A DNA stretch of 64,000 bases, from positions 14,260,001 through 14,324,000 of the forward strand of contig OZ059898.1 in assembly GCA_964057225.1 (NCBI GenBank). Direction: 5' to 3'. The DNA is from Auanema rhodensis. Taxonomy: Eukaryota > Animalia > Nematoda. The notes under the pieces are model-generated. The model was not told the DNA's origin. It made no database searches and saw only the letters and a program-made list of their open reading frames with translations. The first letter of the stretch is position 1, and every line of letters starts with the position of its first letter. The translations under genes were made by a program, and so were the position numbers. Positions 1-14,970 of this stretch are shown in pieces.

Positions 1-3000
1 CGAATTTTAACTGTTAATCCAGTGCAATTCTAATAGAGCACATGATCTTTTCTTGACCCGCCAGCTACTCGAGTGACCGGGCACCGGCTGCGAAGAATGA
101 GGTGGTGGTGGTGGTAGTAGTGGTGCAGTGGCTATTCGGTGTTGTGTGGCGGTGGAATGCGAAACGAAGTAGAAGATGGGAAGACGAATAAGAGAATGAA
201 AAGGTTGGCAGGGAACGAGGTCGTGAAGGGAAATTGCTGTTATGGGACAGTTGTGTTGAAAGTCTCAACTGTTTGTGACGACGCAGTATCGTCGAGGACG
301 AGAAAATGCTTCTGCATCATGTATTGTTGTCAGATTCTGTAGAAAGGTAACAATGATGGACGGAAGGTAGCAATCAGGTTTTTCGCTGATGTCGATGACA
401 CCGACGGGAATCGATCGAATCAAATTAGACAACCTTGAAACTTTGCGATGCGTCTATTATGGCAATGGCATACAAACGTCTAGGGCAGTCAGTAACTAAA
501 GCTGTTTTCTAGTTCTTCTTACAATACATGAAAACAATCAATTGTAGAATGGAGAAATTGGACGTGAAAAGACTAATATTCCTTGATATTAGGATTGTAG
601 AGACTCAGAGTTCTGATTAATAAGATAATAATCCGGCTCATTTTATGAAGCTTATTAGCTGCAGCCCCAGAGCGACAAGAGCAACATTAAGGAAGTGTGA
701 GGGCTTGCCTTTAAATTCTATCTAATGCTGATGGGCTGCACATGCCGTTCAGGAAGATCAACTCAGAACCAACTCCTAAGTTTCCAGACAAAGAGATTGA
801 CAGAAGGAAACAGCAGCTTGGCATTGTGCTATTGACAGCGAAACTTAAATGATGCTCCAAGAGCAAAAAGTACAAAAAGAAATAAAGAAAGTTTAGAAAA
901 AAAGGAACAGATAACGATGGCCTAGAGAGAGTACGGGGATTCCCTCGTGAGAACATGCAGCTCGTGTTAACAACGAAGATTGAGTAGAACGCAGAACTGA
1001 TGCTCTGATGTCTCCTGATTACCTCATTTTATTTTCCGGCGCTCTTAGTGATATCTCAGAGTCAGATCTCTACTCCCATTCTTCTAAATTTCTTCTTTCA
1101 CCCCTCTCATATTCATTACTCTATCTCTTTATCTCGTTTTTCTTGTTCACACTCATTGAAGTTGTTCTCTACATATATCAAGTCTGTTCTTCGATTTGCC
1201 AGGTTTCTTCTAGTATCTACACAAATCTATTGCATTCACTCAATCAGTCACATGACTTTGACTGAATGTTACATCGCCAGAGAAAGTCAGAAAAGGCTGA
1301 GCTAATGAAATTTCGCTTTTTTGAGGTAGTCTCAGACATTTATGGCAAATATTTTATCAGCTGGATATGAAAAGTTAGTGCTGGAATAACATTATAAAAA
1401 ATGGATAAAGGACCAAATTAATTAAATGACCGAGGACAAGAGAGAAAAGCCACTTTCTCATCGATCTCTTGGATTGGAAAATAATATTGCTCAGCTTTTC
1501 ATCTGTTTCTCTAGTGAAGTTGAGACACACACAACGAGCAGTAAGGAACAAAAAGTTATACATATATGAAGAGTGTAAGGAAAAGTTACATGAATTTGGT
1601 ATTTCAATTAGCTTGAACAGAGCAAATTGAAGAATTTAAATTGAGAAGATATAAGACATTCACAAGGGGGGGGGGTAGTTGAAGAAGAAGCGCAAGATGA
1701 AGAACATAGACATATAGGAGATCAATGAACGCACTCAAATTAGCTTGAACTTGAAAATTAAAGAAAGAAGGCTGCAACTCAAATTGAAGTTGTCAATAGT
1801 AGAAGTAAAAGTAAATGAAGCTTTCATATATGGAATTTGAATTCATATATATATATATATCAAGAAATTGGTTTTGAAACGTATTCTCATAAAAGGATAG
1901 AGGAAGGAATTCAATAGAGTATGGATACATACGTAGAGTTTCAGAGTGGGATAGATTGAGAGCAAGGCAGAGTAAGAAGAAAACGAGCAATAGGCTTACC
2001 ATTTAAGGAGAGAATATGTCAGACACGTGAGGGTGAGGTTTAAAAACTCAGATCTACTCTTCAAACGAAGACAGAGTCTGAAGAGAATTCAGTGAAAAAG
2101 AGTCGTAAGTGACCAGATATCATACATGGTCGTTCTTCCTGAGCTATCTGGTGTAGTACAACAGAGCCTACAGATGAAAGTCAAAACAAGGAAGTAAGCT
2201 GTTGTTAATACTACATAATCACATCTCGAATTCAAATATGGGTTCAAGAAAAAATTAAAAATAACGATAACGATGACGATGATGAGATCGAAAAAGGTAG
2301 ACGAAAGTATTGACTCTCAGAGACCTTATACGATATCGATGATAGCAAAAGACATTCAAACATCATTTGAACGATGTGATCACTGCTAGTAAGAAGACAG
2401 CCTGATTCCAGCAGCCACCGCTTATGACCGAAATTTCAGGTCTGACTGAAAAATTATCCTTAGATGATGAGCCTTAGCTTCACTGATCAACCGAAAATGA
2501 TCAGAAATTTGAGCCACCACGTGAGCCGTATTTATCAGGTCCGGCCCCTCTGGTTTGTAAAGTTTACATAGCTATCAGGTTGATTTCACAGATAAAAATA
2601 TGTGAAGTTAATGAGAAAAAGAAGAAAATATACAAAAAATAAAACTATACATATGGAAAAATAAGAAAGGATCCTAGGAAATCGCTACAGATCACAATGT
2701 CTTTTAGGACTGAATGTGGTTGATCACATTAAATTGAAAGATACGAAACGGCCTGTCGAGTTCAAAAAAAATTTTTTTCGATTTTTGACTCACTCACTTT
2801 GCTCGCTGTCCTGCAAATTTGTATTTTTTGTGCGCCTACTACTAGTAGGGAAAGAAAGGTGCAAGGCAAACTAAGTGCTTGAAGAAGTGAAAGAAACCAA
2901 AAAAACTTTTAGAAAAAGGTAGTAAGAAGGGGGGGGGGAATCAGAAATGGAATAGTGAGAGACAGTGATTCTATAGAGAAATTGAAAAATTCGGAAGAGA

Positions 3001-5002
3001 GTGCGAAGTGAATTGATATTTCGCAGCAACAACGACATTACCGTGAGATACGAGAAAAGCAAGTTTTTGACTTTTAATAGGAACCATATTGTACAAATGT
3101 GTCTTTTCTCGCCGAAATTCCTGTAAGAATTATGGTCAGGCAGGCAGGAAGGCAATTCTATTTGCTTGACTGAAAGAGACATGAATGGAATATAAACGCA
3201 AATATTTAATTCAAAACGTGGAAAATGCCGTTATTTCTTTATTTTTTTGAGTTTTTTGTTATGTTTTTCTCTCACAGCTATGTGTGAGGGATTGAATAAT
3301 GTCGTTTAGGCTATTAACAGAAACATGTGGAAGAACAGCAACAGGTGCCCGAGAAGAAATGCACTGACTGCACTGCTCTCTCGGCTCCAAAAATTCGATT
3401 CACACCTGACATGCTATAAGCACGGAAGATATGATTTTTCGATCTCAGCTGAGCTCCACGAAACTGTTTCCTCAAAAATCATTGAGATCTCAATTCTTAT
3501 GTGTGACTGATGGGAGCGACAGATGTGTATGCAATAACCGTTGCCAAATTTCCTACACAAATCCCAAACATGACCGGTCAATGACCCTCAGTTGAGCCGC
3601 TCGTCGCAATGCTATTGTTGCACGTGGAACTATTTCTGTAACAAGCTTAGAAGAATTTGAATATGCTAGTTGCTATGTGATATAACATATAATTCAGTTA
3701 ATTATCGTTCGAATGGCAGTTTTAACTCAATGTTTCTTATTATAGACCGGATACTATCAGTGAAAAGCGGTAATGATTTCTCGCTTTGATCACTTGCCGG
3801 CTCAATAATTTATTTGCGATTATTTAGACGATAAGACAAGCAATATTTACAAAACGGTGAATAACAAGAACAATTAATGTGCGAAGACGTGGAAAGTATT
3901 AAGAGTTAAGAGGTAAGAATTTTCAGAGAGAGATTGAGCGAGAGTTACGGCGAGAGAGAGAGAGAGAACAGAGGAACAGCTTTGGTAAAAGCCGTCGAAA
4001 TCGAGAGAAACTTAGAATTTAAGAGAAATATTTCCTTAAAACAAATGAACTTTTAAACACGTGTTTCATTTTTGTGACAGATTGTACGAAATCAAAATCG
4101 TTGTCTGAAGACGACGAGGAAGAGCGATGGAAGTGGCACGTGATAACTGAGCGTTTGCGAATTTTGAGGATAAAGAATATGAGATAGTTTTCATAACTAG
4201 TTCAATGTATATTTTCCATAGAAATATAGAATGTGGATCATGTGAGTAGTGAAGGCTAAATATCGAAAATTTGAAGTTAATTGAGGTAGCAATGGTGATA
4301 AATGTCTTTTAAAATTTTAAAATTTTGAATAGAATCGATGAAGAATGGAAGAAAAACGAAGAAAAGCACAACGACGAACGTGATGAAGGACATAGAAATT
4401 GGAAAAGATGGCAGTGTTTCAAGAATATTCTCATGTTTAAAATCAGCTATATTAGGAATTCAATATTGACATTTGGCATATTTTTGAAAAATCTTCAGTT
4501 CTTTAATGAAGTTCAACACAAAACTGAAATAAATCAAAGAAACCAAAGAAACCAAAGAAACAAGTAAAGGGACATGGAATGTACAAGTTGTGGATAAGAT
4601 ATGAGTTCAATTTGTACTTTGATGCCACAAATTGATATTTCAAAAATGTTTTAGAAATGAGTATACTTTGGCTATATTAAGTTTGATAAAGGAAGTTCAA
4701 ATTAGATGAATGTCTCAGATTTCGGACAGCAATTTCAAACTTTGTTCTATAAAATTAAAGTTTTGATAATTAGATAACAAAATATATGATGTATTCTTAT
4801 ATTAAATCATGGGATATTACATGAGGAATTGGAGAAAAGTCATGAGAATTCAAGCTATGTTTGTCTTATTCTTTCTATTATATCCAGAATCTGAATGAAG
4901 ATAACTTACAGGATATTCTCAAATTGCTATACAATAAGATTCATTTTTTCTTATTTCCTACTTGTAAACAAAAATATTCAAAACTGTAGTTTGAATATTA
5001 TT

Positions 5003-5056
5003 TCTCTCTCTCTTCTCTCTCTTCTCTCTATCTATCTATCTATCTATCTATATCTC
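5003..5056. repeat. (CT)n/(CTAT)n microsatellite
   Basis: Directly visible: tctctctc...tctatctatctatctatcta. Confidence 0.9.
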
Positions 5057-5642
5057 TTTCAAAGCCATAAAGAAGCAAAGGAATAAGTTAAAAGCCCAAA
5101 TTGAAAAACGTTTCAAAGTAAGTCGAAAGTGGTTAAACTAAAGAAAATACTTTGTAAAGACTTAAGTCACATGAGTCTAACGATGTCTAAATAACGGGGG
5201 GACGATTATCACAGATCCTTCTAGACAATTAAAACAATCCTTTCGAATAAAAAAGAATAGAAATTGAATAGAAGTACTTCTTTGAGTAGTTTCTCTTGTA
5301 AAATAGCCAGATATCTTCATTATAATATGACGTTTTCTATCATTTTTGTTAAAATATTTAATTAAAATTAAAAAATTACAATACATTTATTATAAGTGGA
5401 ATACGAGCAGCATATTCAGCAGCATGTACGCTTCGTTGTCCAGGTGCTATGTCTCATAAATTTTGAAATTTTAATCTCAGAAGTTTAATGGTGAATAAAG
5501 GTATTTGAAAGGGAAACATGAATTACTTATATATATATATATACTAAACAGGTGTAGTTATTAAATGAATTGAAACAGAAAAAAAAATTTGTAATTTGAA
5601 GTTGAAAAAGAATATTCTCGGTCGGCAATCAAGCCGGTTAAG

Positions 5643-7615
5643 ATGCGAAATCTAATCGTTTTTTTACTTTTTTTTTGTCATTTACTCTATAACGTAACAG
5701 CAATTACTTGTAATCAATGTATTACAAAGAAGATCTTTAACACTGAGCAGTAAGTCTTTTTTAGTTTTTTTCTGAGATAATTCAATGAACTTCTCAGACC
5801 ATGCTCAACATGCTCTGGAACTCAATGTTACATCTTGGAATATTCATATAAATATGAAAGTTATAAAGGAAAGAAAGCATATGAAATGGTTTTTCATAGA
5901 AATATTTAAACTTTTTAATTTTTCTTTTAGGATTGTATAACTACTTCCGGTTTTAAATATAATAATGGCTGTCGTCAAAATAAAGAAGGGCATGTGCTTT
6001 GTATTTGTGAGTAAGTGGAAGTTTCTAACATTCATAACATAATCTAACATGTACTCATACATCTTCTCTTTATTTTTCTTTTTAGTACTGATAAATGTAA
6101 TGAAGAACGCAATCTGATACAATCTTCAAAATCAAATTTACCTCTCATATCATGTCATAATCGAGAGTATTCTTCAGCTCCTCAATCTACATGTACTGGA
6201 CATCGATGTAGTACTGTAGTTTCTAATCTTCTTGTAAGAATACAATTTTTTAAAATAAAAATAGAAATGTATTCTTAAAGGGTACCACCTATCTTTGTGA
6301 AGGGGGATCGTCTAAATCTCAAGAATTGCTCCTAAACTTTGATGTATTGTAAGTTTTTTAAATCAAAAAAAATTAAAAAATATTTCCCATAAAACGATTA
6401 TTCGAAAGATTTTTTTGTGTTAAAGCTCGAGTGCGTCTGGCTTAACTGTACCAAGTAACATGTGTGTTTATGTTAAAACAACTGATAGCTCTTCTGAAAT
6501 ACAATGTTCATATGGCAGGGTATGTATATTTTTAAATTTTTAAAGAAAATTCTTAGACAAAAAGAAATATTTTGAGTTGTGTTACTTCAACTGCATATGT
6601 ATATTCTTAATTATTTTGTTTTTCAGAAATTAGAAGCAGCAGTATTTGAAGTGGAAAGAAAAATCAGCTGTTTAACTGAAACACCAACATCATATGAGGT
6701 TTTTTTATTAAAATTTTTGTTTATTTTCAAAATTTAATAATATTAATGTCTCAAAAAGAAGAAAATTCAAAGAAAACACACAGACAGCGTTTTATCAAAA
6801 TTTCTTTTGTGAAAAAAGTGCTCAAAGTTCTTTTTTTTTTGATTTCGATAATGAAATATGTTTGCGAACAAGTTTCAGATTTTAAAAAAAATCCGAATCA
6901 TAATAAATGAATTCAACTAATTTACAGGAAACTACTTGTAACAGCAACTTGTGCTATGCCTCCACGGAAAATGACGGAAAGTCTTATTATGGTTGTTTCT
7001 CATATGCAAACAGTACGGCAGGAATTACATTCAAAGTTGACTACATTTGAAAATGAAAATATTGGAATCTTTCTTTTCAGCCAGGATTACATCAAGTTGG
7101 AATAAATAAGTTTTTCTTATGCGATACGGATATGTGCAATAAACAGATTGTAAGTATTATTTTGAAGAAAACAATCGAATGTGAGATGTGGTGTTGTTAG
7201 CATTCATGCTTAAGTAATTTTGATTTCTGAATAGTTCTTGTGCATTCGGATTTTCTACGACAAGCTGTTGAGTGATGCTCATTTAAGCGTTTTTATAATT
7301 TCTGATCATACATCTGTAATAGTCCATTAATGGGATGAAAAAATGAGAGCAATAGCATTTGCAGCCATTATAACTGATTTTTCTGCTTCATCTGGAAATT
7401 ATATTTTACAAAATTGCTTATTGTTTTCATTTTCACAGGACTCCGACGGTAATAAGAGGAAACCCAAAGAACACAAAGAAGAAACTATATCTCTGGGAAT
7501 CAGCTGTAATTGCCCACAAGGTAAGAAAGGAAACGAAAACAGTTGCACCAAACCACAATTTCTCGTATTTTTCTTTTCATTTCTGTTTCTGTTCAGCTAT
7601 ATTCGGTTGTATTAA
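5643..7615 (+). CDS. Secreted, probably GPI-anchored cysteine-rich repeat protein (three-finger/LU or ET-module-like), about 10 exons
   Basis: ATG 5643 gives signal peptide MRNLIVFLLFFCHLLYNVTA-ITCNQC. Spliced exons give PCSTCSGTQCY, GCRQNKEGHVLCIC-STDKCN, CHNREY..CTGHRC and TCNSNLCY..GCF..FLCDTDMCN. The last exon ends in a hydrophobic tail, FLVFFFSFLFLFSYIRLY*. Some internal exon boundaries are approximate. Confidence 0.7.
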
Positions 7616-10600
7616 AACTTTTATAATAATTATCTAACATTTGAGCATTTTTTCCCGAAATTTACAAAAATTTACACAACAATTTAATGAAAATAAACTG
7701 TTTTTATTATGTAAAAATGTTTAGAGTATTAATGTGTAGAATAATTTGTATAATAAATGATTGAATTACTGGAAAAAAGTTGTAAGTTGCTCCCTCTTGC
7801 CATTGCAATTACATTATCACGCTCCAATAAAGAATTGACGAAAATAATAAGATCTTTCATTTGTAGGTTGTTCGATTGCGCGGTCTTCTGATATGAAAAT
7901 TACTTGAAATAATTAAATTATCCTCTCTTCTCTTCTCTTATCAAACAATGCAAATATATTATTAATATCTATTTGCTAATGATTTATTTTTATTTTTTTC
8001 GAAATATTTTCACAATCGCATCCTGTTGATCAGATCAAAATAGATTTTTTGGCCCGAACAGATTAAATGTTGTAATAAAAAGTGCTATATTGATAATAAG
8101 TTCTGAATAATTCATTATAATAAGCACTTTCGATTTTTAGAAAAAAAAATGAAAAATACGTTTTATTATAGTATTACAATGTAATTGCATGCAGTTGCAC
8201 CTTGCCCTCAATCAAAGTTCTGTACTTGTTTTTCATATTTAACAGCATGGAATCAACCGGTAGAGGTATAACCTGAATGTAAAATGATGTCTAATTAGCG
8301 TTTTTTTTTTAATTTTTACACGTTTCACGTTTCACGTGAATTTAAAATTTTCTTTTTGCGTCTACAATGCATATTCTAATATTTCAATGAAAAAATATTT
8401 GAACAAAAAATGTTATCAGTTGTCTCTGTCATTTACAATTTTAAAAAAAAACGTGTAAATTAGTAACTTAATCATCAAAAATCTGTTTTCGTGGATCACA
8501 TATTGAAACCACGTCAAGATAATTATTAAATTTAGAAAATATTTTATTGCATGAATTTTCCATTTTTGGCGAAAAAAATAAAGTATTTCTCACAAAGGGA
8601 GAGAAATTCAGAATTTTCGCAGAATTAGACCTTCAATAAGATGAACATCACCTCGGCTTTCGCACAAATCTTGTCGGCTTTTCTCCCCAATATTAAGCCG
8701 ACTAAGATTTAGACAACTTCTAGTGATTGCTTTTGCAATATATTTTCTATACTTTAGATCAATCACATGATATATACAATTATTTTATAAACAAACGTTT
8801 TTTTCCTAATATATACATATTTTTACTTTTCACTTGATCTCATTTATAAAAAAAATAAAAAAAGGAAAATAGCTTCAAGCTGAAGCATGTCAGTTGTTTC
8901 TTTACATGTTCCATGTTCTCGTCGTTCCATCCAACATTATAAATGGCAACTAGTGAAAGATTCTTGATTTGCGGAGTGATACAGAAGTTCAGAAATCATA
9001 TTCAGATTTTTCATTCATTCCTAATAGCTGGCTGTTTAAGCTTTCTAATCTATTTTAAAATCGATCTGACAAAACTTGTTGAATGCTATCATATCAATGA
9101 CCAGTCAATGATAATTTATATATTATTCATTTCCAAATATATGTGCTGTACTTCTCGATGAATCATAGTTTTTGCCAATGAAAAATTTCGGCCTCTGAGC
9201 TTCGATGTGAGAATGTTGTCATCCTAGCTATGATCATTGAAGTTTATCTCGAGACAATTCGTAGAGATTTTTTGAACTTATCGAACATCATTGCTAACTT
9301 TAACAAGACGTCCGTTTTTCTCTCTATCATTCTCGATTTCTCTCATACATTCCACATATCTGTATCTTATCTTTACCATTTACTTTCTCTCTCTCTATCT
9401 TTCTTTCTCTCTCTCTCTCTTGGTGATGCGTTATCTCTCTTCTGAAATTTACTCACTTAGTGACGTTCAACAATTTGACTTCGAGACCAGACTCCGGAAA
9501 ACTATCCGAATTTCTTTCCTTTTCACCAACTTCATGTTTATTCGTCCAGAAAGCACGTCGCTTCCATTTAATAACGAAGACAACTAAAAAATTGGAAGAA
9601 GGAATCAAAAATCATCTGGTAGGTGAAGTTGTTGGTCACATTTTCTTTTCTTTCTCCACCGTATGATTCCAAAATATTTTGTGGATTGTGGACTTATAAG
9701 ACTTTAATCTTATTAACTGCTTGATCTGTATTTTGACCATATATGTATATGTGTGTTTGGTATTTCTTCGTCGTCTTTTGAACTTCCTATTTTTCGTAGT
9801 TCAACTGACCAGAAGTGAAGGTAAACTTCATTTAAACTGCACATGTCAAGCCGATTTCTGACCGATTACAGCATGTCTTTCGTTTTTTGATTTTATTTTT
9901 TCTCGAGAAATCAACGTTTTATGAGCATTTTTGATAATGTTTACTACTATTTTCAGCATTAGATAAATTGGAAAGAAAAGTTGATTCACGTGACTTGTTC
10001 AACAGTTTCTGCAAAGAATATTATTTACAACATTATATTTAGTAATTGATAAGAATTTTTAAACTTTTGCCGACAATCATCAAAGAAAAAAAAAATATAC
10101 GGTTGGTGGTTGAAGATTGAATGAATCTCATGTATATTCTTGTTAAAATTAAAAAAAAAGGAATAACCTATAAAATATCTTTTTTGTTTCTTTTTTGAAA
10201 GAAAGATAGATGAAAACATCTCATTTGACTCACTATTCTAACCCCTCTTCTCTACTGCCCCTCTCCTCCTTTTAAACATTTGATGAACTATGTCAACTGC
10301 ATTTCAGACATCACAGAATATGTATCAGCTGAATAAAAACATTCATTTGATTCTCAGAAAGATTTGTGAGAACAAAAAATAATTTTAGATAATTCAAAAC
10401 GGAAAGGAAAAAGATGTTTTTTCTTGTCTTATATTGCATTCCAAATGTTTTTTTCGCTTTCATCTCCTCTAACTAACCCTTGTACCTACAATAAGCTGTA
10501 AATTCATTGCCATCATGATTATGCTCTCACCAAATCATGAACTCAGTATCATTTTTAGAAAAAAAAAACATTTTTTCGACACATCATCTCGCATTTCAAT

Positions 10601-11408
10601 TTCTGGCGTCGCTTCATTCTTATTTTAGATGTTAGAAATGATTGAAACTAACTCAGATCAAAACATGTTTCTCATTCCTCTCCTTGTTTACACAGATTTA
10701 TTTGAAAAATTTGATTTTTGCTACTTCTTCATGAAACGTTCAATAACTTCTTTCTTTGTTGATATATTTAATCCAACAAAAAAATAGTTTCACTTGTATT
10801 ATTCTTACAAATGAAATTGGGAAGATTTTCTTTGTTACTCCCTCGAAAATTCTAAATTGAAATTTAAAATGTTTTTAATACTTCCGTCTTGATGTACAAG
10901 GTTCGTGGCAACAGCAAACTTCCGAAGCAGAATTATTTCCGGTATCCAAGGCAACAAAATATTTTTTTTGGCTATCTCATATAACTGCTAATGTTTCATA
11001 TAGATAGAGAATACATTAAAGTCACAAGTTACGTTTTTTTCTATCGAAATATATAATTTCAAATCAATTTTTCGAATTCTAAATCTTGGCATATAGCGTT
11101 CTATCACAACAGTTGTTGGCTGTCTCCTTCTTCTTCTTTTGCCCCGTCAACGAATTACACGAACTTTGGCGGGAATAGTCTGATGAGAGCGTGTCATCAT
11201 CATCTTTAAATCGAATATATTCAATCGATTAATATAAAACTACATTATTTATATAAAGATATATATATAAAGATATGTGTATAGTTAAACAATATTCTCT
11301 GGTTTAAGAGGTTTTCAAAGACTTGCTGTAGTAGTCAGATTTTATTTCAAAATGCAGTTTGTAAATGGACTCGAAATAGCCTTAACCTCGTCGTATTGAC
11401 GAGAACAC

Positions 11409-11419
11409 TCTGCGTCTCT
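11409..11419. promoter_or_regulatory. TCTGCGTCTCT (AGAGACGCAGA) motif, EOR-1/GAGA-type accessible-chromatin element
   Basis: Exact match to a motif known from C. elegans promoters and enhancers, in a CpG-richer patch upstream of the Kelch gene. A second copy lies at 44730-44740. Confidence 0.45.
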
Positions 11420-12445
11420 TTCGCGTAATTCTGACGGAGTTTGAGCTTTTGCTGTGCTGAAGAAGCGGGAGACTGCTCCTTCTCTGGGATGTATATGTAT
11501 ATGCATGCGAGGGAGGGACCACTAGCCAGCTAGTAAAAGCAGAGAGAAATGGACAGACTACGTCCTCGTGATGAGGACCTCATTTCGCATCAGTACTGCC
11601 CATTTTGACTAAAGAAATCTCTAATACTTTGTATTATATTTCATTAAAACGTATCACACAGACTTTATCGATGTTCTCTTGTTTGAGTTTTTGTTCTTCG
11701 AAATGATTTGATCGTCGTTGTTGTTGTCTTACAATAAGCTTTTTGAACTTTTTGATTCGGACGCCGATTGCGCCGCCGAGTTGTAACATGAATACGACTG
11801 ACCACTACTAAATCCTGCAGCTGTTCGCTCAAAGTTCGATACTTTTGCAACAAACTTATCCTTTAACATTTGCTAAATGTTTTTAAAATATCAGATAAAG
11901 CTATAGAATCCGTTTCAAATTGGCTACTGCTCGCAACATTTTCAAATCAGTTTGAACTCGCGCCAACCTTTTTTTCCGCATCAACAAGCAAGCGTGAGTA
12001 TACAATATCCTTCGAATTTTATCACATTTCCTGTGTTGTTGGTTCTTTAGCCATTTTCTTTGTAAAAATCTTTATGTGCCATAATAAGTTTATACCTCGT
12101 GATCACCCTTTTTCAAATTGCCATCTAATATTAGTATTGCTCTTTGGTTCACTGTTGTCAAACAATTTTACTCTTACTATCCTTATATTATGAGAGAATG
12201 TTTTATCTTTAAAACTATGACTAGCTGACCATTTAAGTCATAGTGCACTGATTATAAGTTTTCCTTTTGTGTTATCATTATAACCACTTATGAACCTAAA
12301 CTGCTCTACGACAACACCATCATTTTCAATTTTTTTCTTTTTTTTTCAGACCTCTAGTTCTCTCATTCCATCATTCTAGGATTTTACCTTTTGATTTCAT
12401 TTCCCTCTTCTTTTTTTTTCTGTTTTGTCTATCCATCCCATCCCA

Positions 12446-12465
12446 TGTGTGTGTGTGTGTGTGTG
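12446..12465. repeat. (TG)10 microsatellite
   Basis: Directly visible. Confidence 0.9.
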
Positions 12466-14970
12466 CAGACGACAGATAAAGAGGGTTTGATATGACCATC
12501 GTCTGCCGAAGATATGAACTGCGTGGTGTCTGATTTTGCTTTTTAATTGGTTGGATCTTGAATGAAAATTTCTATGAAAACCCTGTTTGCCCTAAACCTG
12601 CACATGCAGTTTTCTCTCTATCTCTCTCCTTCATACTTTCTTCCAGCCACACTTCTTAGGTGGATAGTTCTTCTTCTATCCCAATTAGGTTGCCTTTATA
12701 TGTATCCTTGACATTTTCCAACACACGTGACTAACTAGCAGCCCTTCTAACATATATGATTTGCTGATGATTTCTTGATCTATCATTCATTGATTCTATA
12801 CCTTCTACTGACTGCTCTCCTCCCTCCCATTGGCCCTCCCCTCACGCAAGGTTTATTGTCTTCACACTCTCTTTCTCTATCGCTCTCTCCCTCCCTCTTT
12901 CTCTCTCATTGTAGTTTTCTGTAATTCATCTAGTGATCAAGTATTCCGAAACAGTATTGTTCTGTTCCTTGGTATAGTCTTGTTTCCTAGCTCTTCTCAA
13001 GCGTTATGTCTTGTTGTTGTTGTTATGTGAAAACTATTAAAGTGAAACATGTTAAATATTACCAATTACTGATTTAATTGTTTATACTATTCTTTTCTAT
13101 TTAATTCTCTTTGTTATTTATATATAGTTAGTTGTTTAACTCATATTTTTATTGTTTATTCAAGAACAATTGCAGAAATAACTCGAACGTTAGTCAAAAG
13201 ATACTCCAAAGAGTACATTAGATATTCGAGGCCCAGTGTTTCAAGTGCAGTTTATCTTTCTTGTACTATACTCGCCACAAAAGTTATAACCTTTCGACTT
13301 TCCATTGATTGTCTACCTTAGAATTAGCTTCTAGCTTTTGAAATTTCTGTATCCACCACCGAAACCTGCTCTTGGCCGTGTTTTAGAAAGTCCTCAAGAC
13401 GTGTTGCTCTCTTATCAGCAGCTCTTTCTCTATCTCTCCTTTCGATTTGACGTTTTTGTGCCCTTTGACCAGCGGCGTGTTGATTGAAATTCTTTTCCTT
13501 TTTTTCTCACGAACTAGTGAAAACTGGCGTTTTCTCTTGAATATTTTCACTTTCTTCGTGGCTCTCATCGTTCAAATTTTCATTGAGCAACAAGATGATC
13601 GACAGTTCTTTCATAATTTTATACGCAAATTATCAATTCGTTGAATTTCGTGTTTGAATTTTAGCACAAACAGTTTGATCGTAATCCCTTTTCAAATTCT
13701 TCACGCTTCCATATCTTTTTCATTACAGATTCAAATAACATTTTTGTATCAACAACATGGCTAGTGAAATGAGAGTGAGGGGTGAGAGAGAGAGGACACT
13801 AGCTGCCGATCGTCACCAAAGCAGCTCAATCGATCAATCCGAATTCTATGCATGCACTGAGTATCGGCTTGGTCACCTGTACCAAATCTTCACAGATTTT
13901 TTTTGAAATTCAATGTTCCACATTTTAATGAAATATCACATGAAAGTTTTGACAAAAAATCTGGTTTTCCTAAAGAAGTTAGTTGTTAAACTTGTTAATT
14001 ACTATTGTAATAGTTGAAAGAGGACGGAAGACGATGACAAAGACAAATCTTCATATATTCATTTATATTTCGTATTCTTCGTATTCTTCTTCGTCTTTTT
14101 TTTTCATTTTTTTTCATTTTCTTTACTTCTGAACACAAACATCAACAAGTAAAAATGAGAGAGAATGAGAAAAAAGGGGAGAAGGAAACATCTTCAAGAA
14201 GACGAATAAACATTTGTATTTTTTCTTATTTCACTCTATTTTCTTGTTTTTTTTAAACGTCTTCTTTATGAACGATCTCTTTTTACTTTTTTTTACATTC
14301 TTTTATAATTATGCACTATGTTAAACATTTAAATTTCTTTTTCTCACATTCGGCGATTTTCAACGCTGTTATTGCGTTTCAACACACGGTCACCAGGTCT
14401 TTCCTTTTTTTGAACTTATTCTATGTGATGAACGGTTGGTTGCATTTGCAGACAACATCTGGAACTGAAAACTACGCTTAGCATACTTGAATTTCGAATT
14501 AAACATCACTAAATTTTAGAATCAAATCATATGTTGGTTTTATGTAAGCCTCTACATAATTTCCTACTTGTTAATAAGGTTATCAACAATCTATTAAGAA
14601 GCTCCACCTCTTTTAGTCTGTCATTCCTATATAACTAAAAGTTTGTCTTCACAATTTATGTAATTGCTTTTCACTTTTCAATCAACCTTCATACCAGAAT
14701 ATGTTAACAATGTTTGTTTACTAGAATCTTAAGTTCTTAAGTCTATTGTTTTCTCAAGAAAATATATGAATTTATTGATATATACGCTCAGCTTCTACCT
14801 TTTTCTACTTCAATATGTATTTTAATTCTAGTCGTTTTGATTCTACGTTTATGTTTCTTTCTTTTCTTTTAGTTTTTTTCTTAATTTTTTCTTCCAGCTT
14901 CGGCTCTTTTTGGGGCATTATCCGCCAACATACGTTGCATTTTTAATTTGGGAAGAGGTTTCTTCTGAAA

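Noticed and set aside
1-5600. Short ORFs in the first 5.6 kb
   Set aside because: Low-complexity translations with no family motif, and I could not build a consistent exon chain. Probably regulatory, UTR or intron sequence of a gene outside the window.
7616-14900. ORFs in the long region upstream of the Kelch gene
   Set aside because: Phe/Leu/Ser-rich translations of pyrimidine tracts. Non-coding 5' exons are possible but unsupported.
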